Below, one piece after another: positions 51,568-64,000 of a DNA stretch of 64,000 bases. Source of the stretch: Cycas panzhihuaensis (lineage: Eukaryota; Plantae; Cycadophyta); assembly GCA_023213395.1 (NCBI GenBank), contig CM041465.1, positions 187,929,741-187,993,740 on the forward strand. Direction: 5' to 3'. Numbering within the stretch: the stretch's first letter is position 1; every line of letters starts with the position of its first letter. The translations under genes and the position numbers were made by a program. The notes below the pieces were generated by a model. The model was not told the DNA's origin, did not search any database, and worked only from the letters and a program-made list of their open reading frames with translations.

Positions 51568-53730
51568 CTATAACACTCCTCCTTTGATCGAATCGATAAC
51601 TTGGCATAGAGGAATAGTCAACTGTAGCTGTTTTACCAAATTTTTCATTAATAGCAACATTCTGGGAATATCCTCAGCTGACAATCCTTTAAAAAGCTCC
51701 TCCATTTGCACCATTTGGGGCTTCATCTTAGGTTCTTCCGGTAGATTTTCTTGTTCCTTCTGTTTGTTCTTCCGTACATAGACGTATTTGGTTTCTGGTT
51801 TACCCATTGGTAATGCATTCTCCTCCCCGACTAGGCCATCTAATACTTGTTTTGCCTTTCTGTATCGATCCATTTCTGTCGGTGGATCTAGATATCCTTC
51901 ATCCAGTTTCTCCTTTTGTTTATTTTGTAGTTTGACGTTTTTTGCTTCCGGTATGATTGTCATTAGGTTGGTCGCTTTGGCTTTCCCTTTGCAATCTTCT
52001 GTTTTGTGGTCACTTGGGCCACAGTTACTACATACGAACGGCTTCTGTTCGTATTCACCTTCATTGGGCATTCGACTTCCGATTGCCCAAAGCTGGCAAA
52101 CAGATGAGGCATCTACCCATTGGCGGTTTTTTCCTCGAGGGTTCTGGTGCACCCCTTGTTGTATAAACATTAGGGTGGGTTGCCTCCCTTCCCCTACCTC
52201 GTCCTCTGAAGGCTTTTCCCACAGGATTGTAGAAACAATCCTTAGTTGTATCGTACCAACGTCGCATATATGGCACCATCTCTCTTGTTGGTGCAATGCA
52301 TTATTTTTTAAATTCAAGTCACATTCCTTGGTGGTATGTGAATTTTCTTCACAAATGTGGCACCATTTGGTTACTCTTCCCACATGGTCCTTCTTTTTTA
52401 GTGTTTCTTCTTCTTCTTCTCGGTTATTTCTAATTTTCAATCTGGCCACCTCTTTTCTTAATGCTTCCAATTCCGATTCCTCTTCTGCTACCCCTACCTG
52501 GCAGAAGGGTCGGTTGTACTGATTTTGTTTCAATTCTCTAATCTCATCTTGTAATCTCAGCAGCAGGGAGTCTTGTCCTCCTGCCTGCGCGTCCATTTCC
52601 ATTTCAAAATCTAATGCTAGATCTTGAGCATTCTTAAACGATTTCAGTGGATGAGCATGCATCATGGCTCGCAATTTCTCGTTCAACCCTCTTACAAAGT
52701 AGTTTTTTATATTGTGATCTGTTATCGTCTCGTTAATCATGCTAGCGGCAATGATTTTCATTCTGCTAATGTAGGTTAGGATGGATTCTCTCGGTCTTTG
52801 TCTGATTTCTCTTAACGCAATTTCCATTGCTTCATTACTGCGAAACTTTTGAAATCTTTCTTCGAATGCTTTCTTAAGCTTTACCCATGGCTCATTCTTA
52901 TTTGTTTCCTTGTACCATGCCAAGGGTACTCCTCTCAATGTACAGGTGAATCATGCTTTGATTTTGTCTTCGTTTGTAATCTTTTTTACACCAATAAGAC
53001 TCTGAAATAGATACACATGCTCTGCTGCGTCTGAAGTATCATTAAAAATCAGTTTCCCAAAGTCTCTATAGTCATCCATTTTGGGAGATTGCAACTGTCC
53101 CCCACCTGGTGGTGATTTTTCCTTTCTTCCCTCCTTCGGGGATGCACTGGGAGTGCCTACCGCTGTACTATCTTTCCCAAACAGCAGATTCTTGAATGGA
53201 GTTTTGATGTGTATGGGTTCCACTACACCTGGAACTTATATAGTCAATGGTGTCACTGTAATATACAATTGATCAGATCCCCTTTCTGTCAAATCTTCAA
53301 AAAGTTGTCTCGTTAGCTTATTCTCCCAATATGCCGAGGGACCTTTCTCCGCCTTCTTTTCACTATTACTTGGGTCCTTCGGGCTGTCCTCCACTGGTAT
53401 ACTTCCCTCTTTTAAGGTTTCTGGATGTTTTTCATCCACTTTTGGTTTCCCTTCAATCTCTGGGCTAAACAAATCATCTCTGATTGGGGCTGGTGTCAAT
53501 ACCATGCGTTCGCCATGAGTTTCCTCTTCCTGAGGTGTCTAGGCTCCACTTGCCTTAGATCCTTCAATGGACTGTCCCTTAGTCTCGCTGTTTTGCGAAC
53601 TTAACCTCCTCGCCCTTCTGAGTTTTGCTTCCTTCGACCATCTTAGTGCCCTTTGTCTGCTGGTCTCCTTTTCCTTGGGTGAAGTATCCTTCTGGGGCTC
53701 TTCCGACCTTGAAGGCCTCTTAGGTGGCAT
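51568..53730 (-). pseudogene. Gypsy B gag (few stops and frameshifts)
   Basis: MPPKRPSR start; EHVYLFQ...RGVPLAWYK...WVKLKKAFEERF...QRPRESILTY; four CCHC-type knuckles. Confidence 0.88.
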
Positions 53731-56700
53731 TGGAAGGTCCCTTGGGCGCGATGGCTTAGTTCTGACCCGCCATCACGACGGCAGCCAGGGTCCTCTGCCC
53801 TTTACACATTCTTTTCTTTGAAACCCCTAGGCCCTGTCCCTCCTCAACGGATGTAGGCAACGGATCCAATGTTGACTGCTGGGGTGTCTTATTACACTTA
53901 CAAGATACCTTTGCTCACTTGTCAAGGTTACACAGTGCTATAGTCTAGTTCAGGATACTGTCAACATGGTCATTCACATACATTCCACGTATATTTCACA
54001 GAATGGTACACGTATGCAATCAATGCATACTCAGCAATTCATCATCACAACACAAAGAATACACCACTTTCCACATAACTCTTCCTTTTATTAAGTAATC
54101 AAGTCAATTTACACAGAGGCTGGAATGCATTCCTGAGCATTCTAGCGACATCTGATCCTTCATTACACATGCGTGCCGGATGGTACTTATCATACGGTCT
54201 TTGCTCCAATTGGCTGACATATGTGCTGACTTCCGCACCTTTGCGTACCCGTGATAATCGGCTCTCACCCTAACCTGGTGGTTCATGCGTACCTCCTTAA
54301 GTACTCATGTTGGTACCTTTTGGCTGAAGGGTTATGACTGCCTGTCATAACCGTACCCCTTCAGTCATACGTACCTTTCCATTAATCACTTGTTTAGGCA
54401 CTTAATTAATTATCCTTTGTGTCCGTACGTCCGTACGTACGTCTGGCAACTCAACAAGTCTTCACTGGTCCCTTTGAGTCATGCGTCAGCTTCGATCAAT
54501 TCCATTCACGTTGATGCGTATCATCATACGTGCCGTTGCACGTGCACTGCCATACGAATGCCGCCAATTTTTTTGCCATTTTGCCTCGTGCGTACCTTTG
54601 TACGGTCCGTACCTGCACAACTCAGGTTATCTGACCTACCTCTGGTCCTCTCGCAGCCATAGGATCATTTTAGACTCCAACAGATGCACTGACTGCTGAC
54701 TTGTATTCTGCTTTGATAGAAGACAAGGCAATTGTTGGTTGTCGTTTACTGCTGTAGAATATTGCGGTTGACCCAAAGAAGAAACAATACCCACTGGTTG
54801 ACTTTCTTTTTTCTTTATCTTTTGCCTAGTCTGAATCACAGCACCCAATTAACATACTTGTCTCATTCTTTGGATATGTGAATTTTAAATCTGAAATCCC
54901 TTTCAGATATTTGAGTATCCTCTTTGTTGCCTTCCAATGTGCTAGTTTTGGATCTTGCATATACCTGGAGATTACTCCATCGGAGTATGAAATATCATGT
55001 CTGGTTGTAGTGAGATATATCAGACTTCCAACTAATTGTTTGTATAGAGTTGTATCGACTGAAGTATCTTTTGTAGATGGACTTAAGTCGCACTCAATTT
55101 CTATGGGGGTAGCACAACTATTACATTCTTCCATTTTGAATTTTAACAGAAGATCCTTGGTATACTTGATTTATGACAGAGTGATTGAATCTTTCTTTTG
55201 ATTAACTTCTATACTAAGGTAATAATTTAGAAGTCCTAAATTAGTCATCTCAAAACCTTTTTCTAATTGCACTTTTATATCTATGATGGACTCTATGTCA
55301 CTACCTGTGAGAATCATGTCAGTTACATCTACTACAATTATTGTGATTAGCTCTTGATTTTTCTTTACATACAGATTGGAATCTGATTAGCATCCGTGAA
55401 ACCCATTTTGAATGAGATACTTGTCCAATTTGGCATACCAAGCCCTTGGAGTTTGTTTTTGCCCATATAGGGCTTTTTTCAGCCTGCATACAAGATGTTT
55501 TTGTATGTTTTGAATATATCCTTCTGGTTGCCTCATATAAGCCTCTTCTTCAAGATACCCATTCAAAAAGGCACTTTTCACGTCCACTTGATAGACTTTC
55601 CAATTTTATTACGCAACAAAGGCTATTACCATCTTAACTGTATTTAGTTTGGCTACTCGAGAGAAGGTGTCATTATAGTCTACTCCAACAGTCTGAATGT
55701 AGCCCTTGGCCACCCATTTGGCCTTGTACTTTTCTATCTTGCCATCAGAATTTTCTTTTATTTTATAAAGCCACTTATAGGTGACAATAGGTTTGCCTAT
55801 AGGTGGTTCAACCATTTCTCAAGTTTTGTTTTTGGAGATAGATTCCATTTTTGTGTCCATTGCAGCTTGCCACTATGTATGCTAACTTACTTCTTCATAT
55901 GATTGTGGTTCAACAGAGCAGAATAGGGCTTGATGTTTTTGGGCCCTTGTTCTATGAGTGAATACGTCTCCTTTGGCTTCCTCAATGGTTTTGAGATACC
56001 ATTTGGGTATTTTTTTGGAGAATGGTCTCCTTTCTTCATCTTCCTCAAGACTTGAATCTCTAAAGGGCGAAGGTGCCCTTCCTAATTTTTCTTCTTCATC
56101 CGTTCCTATGTCTTTAGATGTGATTCTTGAAATATCTTTAGGTGGAAGAACTTCCACTGGAGACTCCTTTGCAGGCTCTTCAATTTCCTAATATGGTAAT
56201 GGGCTTGCAATAATGTCTTTTTCATTGAATATAACATCTCTAGTTACATAAATCGTATTTGTTTTGGGGTCTAAGCATCTATAGGCTTTTGAATTTTTGT
56301 TGTAGCCTATCATTATGCATTATATGCTTTTACAATCAAGTTTTGATCTTTCTTTATCTGGAATGTGTACAAAAGCTTGGCAACCAAAGATTTTAAAATT
56401 ACTTACATTTGGCTTGTATCTTGTCCATGCCTCTTTTGGAGTCATTTTGATTAAGGCTTGTGTTGGACTTCGATTTATAAGATGAACAATTGTGTTTACA
56501 GCTTTTGCCTAATAAGTTTTTGAGATTTGTTTGTCTTGAGTCATGTTTCGAGCCATTTCCATAATTGTCCTGTTCATCTGTTCTACCACGCCATTCGATT
56601 AAGGTGTATATGAAGTTGTGATTTGTCGACATATCCCATGAGTTCTGCAAAATGCCTAAAATTCTTTCGAGATGTACTTGCCTCCTCCATCTGATTTGAT

Positions 56701-59559
56701 GCATTTTATGTTGTTTCCGCATTCCAATTCAGCTTTTGCCATGAATTCTTTGAATTTATCAAAGGTTTTAGATTTACAATAGAAAAAGTAAATCCCGACT
56801 ATCTTAGAAAAATCATCAATGAAAGTAAGAAAATATGATTGGTCCACATAGGCCAGTGTGTACTAATTCTAATTTGCTCCTTGCACGCCATTCAATATTT
56901 TGGGAAGGAAGGTGATGTTGTTTACCAAGTAGGTAGCCTTTACAAACAAAAGGATGAAATTGCCACATTAGGAAGTCCAACCATTCTCGAGTTTTTTAGC
57001 AATTCTAATATATCAGAAGAAATATGCCCATACTTCAAATGCTAGAGTTTGTTATTATCAACGTTTGCAATAGTAAAAGCTTTTACATCTTTGTTTGTAA
57101 TGATAGGGTTAGAGAGCAATTTATAAAGATCATTGCTTTCTATACCCTTAGCAATTACAGTGCCACCCTTTTTCATGTCTAAGACATAATAAAACCCTTC
57201 TTCATCAAAGATGATTCTTAGTTTTTTCTTTCTGAGCTGTGAAACAAAAAGGAGGGTTTTTTTCAACCCTAGAACAAAGAGAACATTGCAAATTTTTTGA
57301 ATAGTTCCTTTCATTTCAATTGCTATTGTTCCAACCCCTTAAATATTGAGAGGATATTTGTGTCCTAACTCTCCTAACTTGTTAGGAGAGTAGGGTTTTA
57401 GAGATACAAACCACTCTTCACAACCTGTCATATGCTTGGACGCTCCTGAGTCAATGTACAAGACATCATCTTTGAGGCTACCTGTGAGTGCGACTATAAA
57501 TGCCGTTTCTTCTTCATTTTCATAAAGATTGTTTTGCTCCTTGCTGTAGTTGCTAGTAAATCTTTTCCCTTTCTGTATGTCAACTCTTCTTTGTGAGCAT
57601 TGATATGGAAAGTGTCCTGTTTGCCCACAATGATAGCAAACGTCGAAGGCTCTGCAACTGCTTGAGAAGTGTCCAGGCATTCTACAGTTGAAGCATACCC
57701 TGGCATCTCTTGGTGGGATTGGTCACCCTCAGCCTCTATTTTCTTGCCATCTACCTTTGGACTGGTTTCTTAGGGGTTCTTCCGTGACCTCTTGATTGTC
57801 CTCGTCCTCTGGAGCCAAAACTGAGCTTGGATAGGAAAGCCTCTTCAATCTATGTCTCTTTCTCATGCCTCCTATTCCTTTGTTCTTGTCTGAGGAGAAG
57901 TCCTGTCAAAGTATCAAGTGACATAATAATAGTTTGATCATTATTCGTTATTGTGTTTACCATATTATCAAAGGATTTCAGAAGTTTGTTTACAATCATT
58001 TCAGTGAGTTTCTATTTAGGCAAATTTGCACTAGCATTGATCAAATCATTTCTAATTAAAGTTACTTTATGGATGAACTCTAAAATGCTCTCCTTTTCCT
58101 TCATATGTAATTTAAACAATTCTTCTTTTAGGGCCACAACCTTGGCATGACTGTTATGGCTGTAGAGTTGGCAAACACTTTTCAAACTTCTATAAAGGAG
58201 TTTAATCTTTCAACATACACCAAGAGGGGATCAGAAATAGATAACTTCAGAATTATTACTCTTGTATTGTCTCTTTCATCCAAATTGGGTTGAGCAACTG
58301 CATCATCAGGTCGTTCTTCTATCCCTGTGGCTATGTTCTAGGCATTTTTGGCTCTTAATAGGTTTTCAATCTTAATTTTCCATACAAAATAATCGGTTTT
58401 AGTCAATTTATCCTGATCATTCAATGCAAGAATGGAGGAGGCCATCTTAAAGACTGAACAAAAGATATTAGACTGACTTTTAAGATTTTGAACAGGCTGG
58501 TTGTACAACTGTACAGAATTTTGTATAAAAGTACAATTGTACGGATTTCAGAGTATAGGGTCCCACAAGGAAGATTTTAATTAGAGGATTCTAGATATGT
58601 AAAAATATTTGGGAGATCTACTTTTGTTTGTTCAGAAACAAGCCCAAAAACCTAGAATTGCTGCTAGTTTTTTTTGAAAAAAATGCTTGTGATTTAAAAA
58701 ATACCCAATCAAATGACTCAAAATTAGACTCAAAAGAAATAGACTGATCAGGCGAATAAATTTTGTCTGGTATTACCCAAAATGATCGAGTGATTTGAGT
58801 AGAATCTTTAGAGAAGTCTCCAAACTTGTGCAGTTAGAAAAGGGGCCAAAAGTGCTTGAAAATAAGCTCGAATGAATTCAACCCAGTTGAGAAAAGTGAC
58901 GGCCTCATCAAAATGCTCCTCTTGGTGAATTTCGTACGATTCTGAGTACTTCAAAAATTTTGGTTCGTACATATTCGTACAATAGTCGCTTTTTTGTACT
59001 TTGTTTGCTTCTCACACTATCTTTGAGAATTAAATGCCTTTTATCAATACCCTTCAACATATTTCTCAGTTACCTCTGGCTTCCTTCGAAGACAAACCTC
59101 CTCTTAGAACTTTATTAGATGACCAGTTTGCCCTGCTCTGATACCATGTAAGAAACCTTCAATTAATGAAGATGAAATTCATTGATCATGTGAGAAAGAC
59201 TCTCTCTATATATACAAGAGTCGTTTGTAACCGTTCATTGTCAATACGAAACTTGTTTGACAATTGTGTTTATTACAATTAGGAGGGGCTTAACACATGA
59301 TCCTCCTGATGCCCTAGATGAAACATTACCTTTAACAATTAAGTATAATGACGAGTGCTGAGTCACATCACAACTGTTGTAGACATAGTTATAAAGCTCC
59401 TGATTGAATTGGTAAAATCATACCTTTTTGTTTTGAAGCTAATGACGATTGTAGCTTGTTGTGAACTATTGTGCTTTCTATCTCTATGAATTGAAAGAAA
59501 TAACAAGCAATTCAACAATTATCATGCTGAAGGAGATAATTTTCTGTAAATCAATATCA

Positions 59560-61233
59560 ACTTTTGAGAGATGGATGATGCTAAACTCAGGCTAAATTGA
59601 CAGCTATGCAGTTGAATGATTCTCGAAAGAAAGCCTTGACAAATGTTAGATTGTCTGAATATATTATGGTAGGCGTACTTCCAATTGCTTTTAATTTTTT
59701 AACGATTGTGACATTATCGGTAGCTATGTGGCCCTCCATCCTGGATTGCTCTACTAGGGAAATTGCATAACCTACAGGGTTACTCGATGAAGGACATGAT
59801 ATTTCACGAGATAAGTAGATCTAGAGGAAGCAAGCCGCAAAAGAAATCAGAGCAAGCATAGCAGATGTCTCTAGTTCTAGTATTGGCATCTTTGGCATTT
59901 GTTTAGAGGACCAAAGATGGATCGCTCACTTTCTTTTTATGAGGTTCATTTTGAGTCAAAAAAGCCTGTTTGTACCAACTAATCTCTGTTCAACATTGTT
60001 GTGTATAGTGGAAGGAGTTCAGTTCAACTGGTAAGACTTGTCTCAAAAAGACTCTAGAAGAATTTGGAGAGTGTGAAAAATGCAGGGCAATCAGTAATGT
60101 TTTTTCATCTAACATTGCTGCAAGGCCTTTTATTTTCTCAATGTCTAGACATTCATTTACCACCCTTGAAAATGGTCAAACTCCATTGGCAAAATGGGTC
60201 GAGACCTTTAGTAAAGATAATTTGGGACTCGTTACTCCTTTAGGCACAGGAGCAGGTAAAAATTTGGCTACTTGTGCAATGGCATAAAGGAACTCAGGAA
60301 CCATCTCTACTTAAGATAGTGATTTCACAAGAAGAGGAAAGACCACGAGAAGAGGCATCCTCGTAGGTTAGAGATGAACAAGAAGAAGGAGAAGTAAAGC
60401 AAGAAGAAAAGAGGAAAGAAAAAGAGAAGAGAGAACAAATTAGCATAGGGAAATGAAAGATGGAACTTGGGTTGTCAACAGTTACGAAAGAACAACAATC
60501 ATAGCCTGTATCAGTGCAGATGGAACCTATGGAGTCAGAACATGATTGGCGGCAGCGTAGGAAATTGGTTGCAGAATAACTGAGGTGGGAGATTCTTAAA
60601 TACATTAATCAACAACCCGCAAAATTTGAGGTCTACATAGATGAGTAGATTCTGGAAGAAGGGTTGGAACCAATGGATTGCAATCCTCGGGATGTTTCAC
60701 AGTGGAAAACTTCCTTTTTAGGCCAGGTGACTAGACAAAATTAGACTAGCGTTCGCAGAGGCTACCACTAGACATGCAACGAATTACTCGGTTAGAAGAA
60801 AATCTATAGGTTGCAAAGGGAAAATTAGAATTTTTGAAGAAATTTATTGTAGATTGGGTAGATGATGTAAATGAGGTAATCCCTTAGTTGAAAAAATTTG
60901 AAGTATGGTTTAGTGAGCAAATCACCACAGATTTGAGCTTGGATATTAAATAGTGATGAAGAATCCGAACAATGCAACAAAGTTTGGAATCAGATTTGCA
61001 CTTATAAATCCAAGTTACAGACCCTATAGAATATTAATCAAGAATTATACATAGAGAAAGCCCAACTATAGTCAGGAGAATCACCTAACATGAGGTAGCT
61101 AGATGCACTTCATGATGTTATGATTTTGTGTGATTATATTAAGTCTAAAGGGCTGCCACTTCCTCCTATGGTTGTACGACTACATCCCTTGTACATTAAA
61201 AGAGAAGTGGCCAAGTTAAAAGAAGCTAGAAAG
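59560..61233 (+). pseudogene. Extra 3' ORF of gypsy G, decayed, with acidic and coiled-coil C-terminal part
   Basis: LDCSTREIA*PTGLLDEG...QRWIAHFLFMRFILSQKSLFV...EGVQFNW...LFSQCLD aligns by eye with the A and D 3' ORFs. Confidence 0.65.
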
Positions 61234-64000
61234 TGTTGAAAACCAGAGCCAAGAATTGACAGAGAATGGAATTGTACTTTCTATTGAGTTTCAATTTGCT
61301 TAAGTATACAAGAGTTATGAGTTGGTTACAACCACTAATGTAACCGATCACTCAGATTCTGCCAAGTGGCAAGATCTCATAAGAGTATTTAAGGATGGTC
61401 CAACATGGCCCCCTTTTCTGTCCTAGATAAAACATTATATCTCAACACCCCCTCTTAATGTTTTATCTCTAAAAGTCCAATCTTGTCTCTCAAATATCTG
61501 AGTCTTTCTCTTCCAAGTGGTTTTGTCAAAAGATCTGCAACTTGTTCAGATGTCGGACAGTATTCCAAGTCTATTTCTTTGTTCTGCACCTTTTCTCTTA
61601 TAAAGTGATGATGAACCTCAATATGTTTTGTTCTTGCATGCAGAACTGGATTTTTGGTTAGCTTGATGGCACTTTGGTTATCACATTTTAGAGAAGTTGC
61701 TTCTTTCTGCTGTTGATTCAAATCAAGTAAGAGTTGTCTTAACCAGATGGCTTCACAGTTCTTGATGTGGTACTTTATATCTTTATACTCAGAGGAGAGA
61801 GCCACTGTTGCTTGTTTCTTACTGCACCATGAGATTGCTGAAATTCCTAAGAAAAAACAAAATCCACTTGTGGATTTCCTTTGTTCTTTGTCGCCTGCCT
61901 AGTCTGAATCGCAATATCCTGTTATTTTGATTGGATGCCCCTTTGAATATACTAATTTGAGATCTGTTGTTCCCTTGAGATACCTCAACTCTTTTCTTTG
62001 CTGCTGTCTCACTTTGGATTACGCATGTACCTTGATATTAGTCCTCTTGAGTAGGATATGTCGGGTCAGTGGTACATCAAATAAATCGGACTTCCAATCA
62101 TTTGCATGCGGGGTAACATCGAGATCTTTTCCCTACTCTCTCGTTAGATTGCAATTTGTTTCCATGGGAGTGGCGCATGGATTGCAATTCTCCATCCGAA
62201 TCGAGCAAGCAAATTTTTGATGTAATTACTTTGGGACAAAGTTATGTAATTTTGGTGTTGGCCTATCTCCGGTTCAAGTAATAATTTAGTGAACCCAAGT
62301 CTCATTTGAATTTTGTTGAAGTTGATTTTTGATCCACTTGATTCCTTCTACATCATTCCCAGTAAGAAGCATATCATCCACATAAACAACAATTATTGTT
62401 ATTTTGTTGTTTATTTTCCTTATGTACAGACTGGAATCTGAATTACATCGAATGAACTTATGTTCTTCAAGAAAGTGATCCGATTTGCATACCGAACGCA
62501 GAGCTTGCTTTAGACCATACAAGGCCGTTTTCAATTTGCAGACTAGATCTTCTTTTCCCTGTTCTACATATCCATCCCGCTGTTGCATATAAACTTACGC
62601 TTCTAGTTCACCGCTTAGGAAGGCACTCTTTACGTCCATCGAGAAATTCCCGGCCTTGAGCAGACTAAGGCTATTCATCCTTCTTGTGTTCATCTTTGCT
62701 ATTGGAGAAAATGTCTCATCAAAATCTAGTCTGCAGTTTGAGTGTATCCTTTTGCAACTAACCTTGCCTTGTGTTTTTCAATTTTGCCATCAACTCCTTT
62801 CTTTGTTTTGTAAACCCATTTGCGCTTCGATTGGATTTATTAGCAGGTAGTTCTACTAATTCCCATGTTTGATTTTTCTTGATTGAATTTATTTCATTGT
62901 CCATTGCTTCTCTCCATTCTGAATGATCTTTTGCTTCGTCAAAATTCTGTGGTTCAACCTTGCTTAGAAGAGCTTTTGACCTTTGCCCATGTGTTTTTTG
63001 TTCTAATACATTTCCTTCTTCAACTTGCTTTGATATACCATTTCGGCAATTTTTTGTTTCGTGGATCTCCTTTTTCGATTTTGTCTCCGATCGGTTGGTG
63101 ATGATGGTCCTTCTTCTTCGATGGTGGCTCCCTGCCCTGTTGTTGATGATGAATCAACTTGTCCTTCTTCTAAATCATTTCCTTCTCTAGTTTCTTGAAT
63201 TCAAGTAATTCTGATGACTTTCCTCATCTTCCCGTATTCTCGTGTCCTAGTTCCCAATTCTTTTCATTTTCTATTATTTTGATTTGTGAGAATTCATCTG
63301 AGCTATTTTCATTAAAGACGACATCTCTACTCACATAGATTCTATTTGTTTTTGGATCTATGCACTTATATGCCTTTGAATTTTTATTATATCCTATTAA
63401 GACACATTCTATGCTTTTTGCATCTAATTTGGATCTTCTTTTATCAGGAATATGCACAAATGCTTGACTGCCAAAAACCTTAAGAAAACTTACATCGGGT
63501 TTCTGACCTGCCCAAGCTTCTTCTAGAGTGACGTTCTTGATGTTCGGTTGGACTACTTATCAAGTAACATGTCAGGCCGATACGCTTGATATGTCTGTGA
63601 TATTTTGTTCCATACATCATGCTTCGCGCCATTTCCATCAAAGTTCTATTCTTTCTTTCAGCTACTCCATTTGACTGAGGAGTATAGGGAGTTGTGACTT
63701 GTCTACAATTCCTCTGTATTTGCGATAATTTAGAAACTCGCTCGACATATATTCTCCTCCTCCATCGACCGATGCACTTGATTTTCATTCCCGATTCTAG
63801 CTCTACACTTAAATTCTTTGAACGTTTCAAAGACTTGGACTTATTATGTAAAAATATACCCAAACTTTTGAGTGAAGTCATCAATGAAAGTTAAGAAATA
63901 TCGCATCCATTTATTGTGAGGTAAAATTGGACCACGAGATATACGTGTGTATCACATCTAATTTAGACTGAGATTTCCAAGTGCTTTCTTTAAAAGGGAA
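61234..64000 (-). mobile_element. Ty1/copia element H (E/F family), 3' part: LTR 61234-61447, PPT 61448-61456, RNase H, RT and INT
   Basis: TGTTGA...CTCAACA followed by CCCCCTCTT. CDNQSAIKLTKNPVLHARTKHIEV, VYVDDM, NGVAERKNRTL. Runs off the window. Confidence 0.92.

Larger units (their letters stand above)
48184..54682 (-). mobile_element. Non-autonomous Ty3/gypsy element B (6.5 kb). 3' LTR 48184-49000, PBS 53855-53868 (tRNA-Glu-like), 5' LTR 53870-54682; gag and protease only
   Basis: Perfect TSD GATGC. LTR pair TGTTGACT...AGACTC(C)AACA. Long gag and PR ORFs. No RT, RNase H or integrase core. Confidence 0.95.
47714..59337 (-). mobile_element. Ty1/copia element F (related to E), decayed. 3' LTR 47714-47867, PBS-iMet 59135-59146, 5' LTR 59147-59337; RNase H split by gypsy B
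   Basis: LTRs TGTAAGAAACC...CCTTTAACA (3' copy has an internal deletion). TSD GTCAA/ATTAA (3/5, both transitions). CYHCGQTGHFPYQC, YIDSGASKHM, FIDDFS, DVKSAFLNG, HARTKHIEV. Confidence 0.92.
39950..61233 (+). mobile_element. Ty3/gypsy element G, same lineage as A and D but more diverged. PBS 40737-40750; gag-PR-RT-RH-INT ~40850-47425; 3' ORF after the copia F insertion; 3' LTR not in window
   Basis: ...CACA t TGGTTCCATTGCCG. Gag STLRGATISWF...WDQLK, protease IMDGGSGVNVL, RT FTDGFNGYNQ / FLDDW, integrase CDICQ / YPRANGQVE / WLGPY. The left LTR boundary is only approximate. Confidence 0.8.

Noticed and set aside
51788-52522. 244-aa plus-strand ORF (also 19573-20196 on minus)
   Set aside because: These are antisense shadows of gag/protease frames.
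53935-54275. A tRNA-Glu gene or tRNA-derived SINE in the LTR
   Set aside because: The tRNA-like pieces are ~300 bp apart and, together with the PBS, out of gene order. There is no cloverleaf or B-box. They are reported as pairing boxes instead.

Overview
Land-plant repeat-dense DNA made almost entirely of nested, mostly decayed LTR retrotransposons. There is no intact host gene, RNA gene or CRISPR array. LTR, PBS, PPT and TSD evidence resolves two nests. Nest 1: a ~35-kb non-autonomous tRNA-iMet-primed element C (4364-39306, -) carries ClpC and nitronate-monooxygenase gene fragments. It contains Ty3/gypsy D (11184-36859, -), which contains Ty3/gypsy A (17004-32522, +), which contains Ty1/copia E (21315-26513, -). 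Two solo LTRs sit inside C's 3' LTR. Nest 2: Ty3/gypsy G (from ~40 kb, +) contains copia F (47714-59337, -), which contains a gag-PR-only gypsy B (48184-54682, -). Copia H (61234 to window end, -) also interrupts G. The four related gypsy elements (A, B, D, G) share an unusual architecture. They have two extra capsid-like (Gag) modules inside pol between protease and RT (only a remnant in B), and a tRNA-Glu PBS. A, B and D also have two LTR boxes complementary to other parts of the same tRNA and a conserved non-purine PPT region. A homologous extra 3' ORF is present, next to family-specific ~60-bp motif arrays in A and B. All family names come from motif recognition; no database search was run.
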